Assembly (NCBI GenBank): GCA_016280525.1
Contig: JAEEGW010000194.1
Span: 1 to 40,666 of the forward strand
Source of the DNA: Clostridiales bacterium
GTDB taxonomy: Bacteria > Bacillota > Clostridia > Oscillospirales > CAG-272
Direction: 5' to 3'
DNA: 40,666 nt
Numbering within the stretch: position 1 is the stretch's first letter; every line of letters begins with the position of its first letter. The notes under the pieces were generated by a model that did not search any database, was not told where the DNA came from, and saw only the letters and a program-made list of their open reading frames with translations. The position numbers and the translations under genes were made by a program. Shown piece by piece: positions 38,143 through 40,666 of this stretch.

Positions 38143-40008
38143 ATGAAAAAGGTCATTTCTTTTATGATCGTTATCGTTTTGGTATCGGCGATATGTATCG
38201 GTTCGGCCATTTACGCCGCCGCCGTGCCGGGTGACATGAACGGCGACGACGAGGTCAACAACAAGGACGTTGTGACTCTGTTCAGATACGTTTCCGCCGG
38301 CATCACAGCGGAAGACGAGTCGATGTACGATATAAACGGCGATAACGAGGTGAACAACAAAGACGTTGTCGCTCTGTTCAGAGCGGTAAGCTCCGACGTG
38401 ACACTGACCGAAACGGAAGAGGACACGGAAGGCGTGCCATCCGAAGAAGTGACCGAGCCGGAAGAATCCGAAGATCTGACGGAAACGGATGAAAGCACGG
38501 AAGAAATATCCGAGGAGTCGTCCGAAGAGGAAACGGAAGAAAACTCCGAGGGTGTAGACGGTGAATTTGAAATAATACCGGACGATACGGCGGAACTCAG
38601 CATCCCGCGCGTATTCGGCGATCATATGGTCATACAGCGCGACCAAGTGATAACAGTCTGGGGCACCTCGAACATGGAAGGCGCGAAGATACGCGGATTT
38701 TTCATGGGGGACGAGGCGCGCGGCACCGTAAGAGACGGCAAATGGGAAATAGCGTTTGCTCCGAAGAGCGCGACCGCAATACCGCAGAAGCTGACGGTTG
38801 AGGACAACTGCGGAAACAAGATAGAAATACAGGATATTCTCGTAGGCGACGTGTGGGTCATGGGCGGTCAGTCCAACGCCAAAGCCACGGTAAGCATGCT
38901 GAAACTTAACTTTCCGGTAGACAAATCCGTGCCTATGCGCGTATTCATGCAGGATGAAACAGACGTCTGGAACAACAGAGAAGCCGCGAAGCAGCCCTGT
39001 GAAGACGTAATAAATCCGAGCCGCAAATGGAGAACGGGCAGCAAATCCGCAGCGTACTCCTTCTCTGCTCTCGGCTGGTTCATTGGATACAGGCTCGCGC
39101 AGGAGACCGGCGTTCCGCAGGGCGTCGTCTGTATGGCAGCCGGCGCGGCGAGCATAGCCGAGCTTATGCCGATTGAGCTGGTAAATCAGTTCGGTTACAC
39201 GAAGGGCATATACGTAGGTCCCGCGGAGCATTACAACGGACTTATGCATCCGTTTTTGAAGATGAAATTCAAAGCCATGGTATTCTTCCAGGGCGAAGCC
39301 GAGGGAGGAACGAACTCCGTGCCGACCTCATATAATTACGCCCGCGATCTTGAAGCTCTTATTGCAGAGTACAGAAACAGATGGGGCTTTGATTTCCCGG
39401 TATACAACGTACAGATCTCCAACTATACGGGCGAGGAATGCGAAACGTACTGGACTCACGTAGGCGAAGTAAGAGCGCAGCAGTACGACGCGTATAAAGT
39501 CATGACCGGGACAAGGCTCACGCCGTCCTTCGACCTGGGCTCAAAGTCGACCGACCCGGACGGCGCGCATTCGCCTTACAAAAAAGAACTTGCGGACAGG
39601 ATAGTCGATCTGGCTCTTGCGGATCTTTACGGAACGGGCAGCGCGGACGACGCGCTTGCGCCCGAGCCCGAGCAGATAACCGTCGTAAGTACAACAGATA
39701 CTGAAAAAGTAATAGAAATTAAATTTGCAAACGCAGGCGAAGGACTCGTTTCATTAAGCGGCACGTCAGAGGCGTCCGGATTCGTCTGCGGCAAGGCCGT
39801 TCATCCATACAGCTCCACGTGTCAAAACGTAAGCGGCGAGATCATATCGGCCGACACGGTGCGCGTAACGGTCCCGGCTGACGCCGTTTACATAGGATAC
39901 GCGTGTATGCAGCTGACCGCGACGAGCGACGACGTGCTGATACCGCAGCTTTACAATTCACACGATCTGCCGCCGCTCGCATTCTATCTTCAGTTTGAAG
40001 AACAGTGA
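38143..40008 (+). CDS. Secreted dockerin-containing SASA-family (sialate O-acetylesterase-like) carbohydrate esterase
   Basis: I prefer the ATG at 38143 because it gives a signal peptide, MKKVISFMIVIVLVSAICIGSAIYAAA. Two dockerin repeats are present (DMNGDDEVNNKDVVTLFRYVS / DINGDNEVNNKDVVALFRAVS), followed by an acidic E/T/S linker. The catalytic region has GDVWVMGGQSNA and FFQGEAE. The antisense ORF 38113..39249 is a GC-rich shadow. Confidence 0.8.
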   Translation: MKKVISFMIVIVLVSAICIGSAIYAAAVPGDMNGDDEVNNKDVVTLFRYVSAGITAEDESMYDINGDNEVNNKDVVALFRAVSSDVTLTETEEDTEGVPSEEVTEPEESEDLTETDESTEEISEESSEEETEENSEGVDGEFEIIPDDTAELSIPRVFGDHMVIQRDQVITVWGTSNMEGAKIRGFFMGDEARGTVRDGKWEIAFAPKSATAIPQKLTVEDNCGNKIEIQDILVGDVWVMGGQSNAKATVSMLKLNFPVDKSVPMRVFMQDETDVWNNREAAKQPCEDVINPSRKWRTGSKSAAYSFSALGWFIGYRLAQETGVPQGVVCMAAGAASIAELMPIELVNQFGYTKGIYVGPAEHYNGLMHPFLKMKFKAMVFFQGEAEGGTNSVPTSYNYARDLEALIAEYRNRWGFDFPVYNVQISNYTGEECETYWTHVGEVRAQQYDAYKVMTGTRLTPSFDLGSKSTDPDGAHSPYKKELADRIVDLALADLYGTGSADDALAPEPEQITVVSTTDTEKVIEIKFANAGEGLVSLSGTSEASGFVCGKAVHPYSSTCQNVSGEIISADTVRVTVPADAVYIGYACMQLTATSDDVLIPQLYNSHDLPPLAFYLQFEEQ

Positions 40009-40048
40009 GCTCGTATTCTGATATGCACCGGCAAAACAGGAGGTTCTT

Positions 40049-40666
40049 ATGAAAAAAACAATATCTCTGCTTATAGCGGTTTTGATGGCTGCGGCCTTAT
40101 GCATAGGCTCTGCGGTAACCGTCGCCGCGCTTAAAGGCGACGTGAACGGCGATAACGAGGTAAACAACAAGGACGTTGTGACTTTGTTCAGATACGTTTC
40201 AAGCAGCAGCAAAGAAGAAGACGAGTCCGTATACGATTTTAACGGTGATACCGAAGTAAACAACAAAGACGTCGTTGCCCTGTTCAGAGCCGTAAGCGAA
40301 GTTCAGACTTCCGAAGGATCCGGGACCGAAGAGGAAACGGAAGAAATAATAGATGAAGAATTCACCGTAACGCCGGATCCGGACGCGGAGCTTTCCGTAC
40401 CGCGCGTAATAGCGGAGCACATGGTCCTGCAGCGCGATACCGAATTAAAGATATGGGGCACATCAAACAGGAACGGCGCACTCGTGCGCGGTCAGTTTAT
40501 GGGCGAGGAAGCTATCGGCCGCGTCAAAGACGGAAAATGGGAAATTAAGTTTTCACCGAAATCCGCGACGTTTGACCCGCAGACGCTCGTCGTTGAAGAC
40601 AGCTGCGGAAACAGACTAGAATATACCGATATACTCGTAGGCGACGTATGGCTCATAGGCGGTCAG
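40049..40666 (+). CDS. Second dockerin + SASA-family esterase paralogue, N-terminal part; continues past the right edge
   Basis: Not in the track because it has no stop in the window. The ATG follows ACAGGAGG. The translation is MKKTISLLIAVLMAAALCIGSAVTVAALKGDVNGDNEVNNKDVVTLFRYVS..FNGDTEVNNKDVVALFRAVS..GDVWLIGGQ, open for 206 codons to the window end. Confidence 0.8.
   Translation, partial: MKKTISLLIAVLMAAALCIGSAVTVAALKGDVNGDNEVNNKDVVTLFRYVSSSSKEEDESVYDFNGDTEVNNKDVVALFRAVSEVQTSEGSGTEEETEEIIDEEFTVTPDPDAELSVPRVIAEHMVLQRDTELKIWGTSNRNGALVRGQFMGEEAIGRVKDGKWEIKFSPKSATFDPQTLVVEDSCGNRLEYTDILVGDVWLIGGQ

Overview
The window holds GC-rich chromosomal genes for secreted carbohydrate-active proteins at both ends. 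On the left is an NPCBM-module protein. On the right are two tandem dockerin + SASA-type esterase genes, which suggests a cellulosome/amylosome-type Clostridia host (inference). Between them lies an AT-richer integrated element of about 35 kb (2821..37912). It sits in the 3' end of a tRNA-Pro(CGG) gene and is bounded by perfect 46-bp direct repeats. All element genes are on the + strand, in two blocks. Block 1 (3518..31406, closed by a strong terminator at 31483) is the cargo. It has six cytoplasmic BspA-type leucine-rich-repeat (LRR) proteins, about 16 kb of coding sequence, three of them fused to a DUF4132-like C-terminal domain. It also has a VWA/DUF2201 protein, a MoxR-like AAA+ ATPase, a SIR2-like protein translationally coupled between LRR genes, two DnaQ-type exonucleases (one frameshifted, one fused to a DUF1351-like domain), an RNAP-alpha-CTD-like protein and SbcCD. 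Block 2 (31557..37732) is a mobility module: a consensus promoter carrying two LexA-type boxes, a sigma-region-4-like protein, an Xis-like HTH, a wHTH Rep-like protein, an RHH accessory protein, a MobL-like relaxase and two overlapping tyrosine recombinases. I saw no T4SS or virion genes, so it looks like an integrative mobilizable element. A ~290-bp relic of a sister element lies at 1011..1292. The most interesting hypothesis is that the LRR/DUF4132 + MoxR + VWA + SIR2 cluster is an undescribed conflict (defence) system. All domain calls come from motif recognition by eye and need HMM confirmation.
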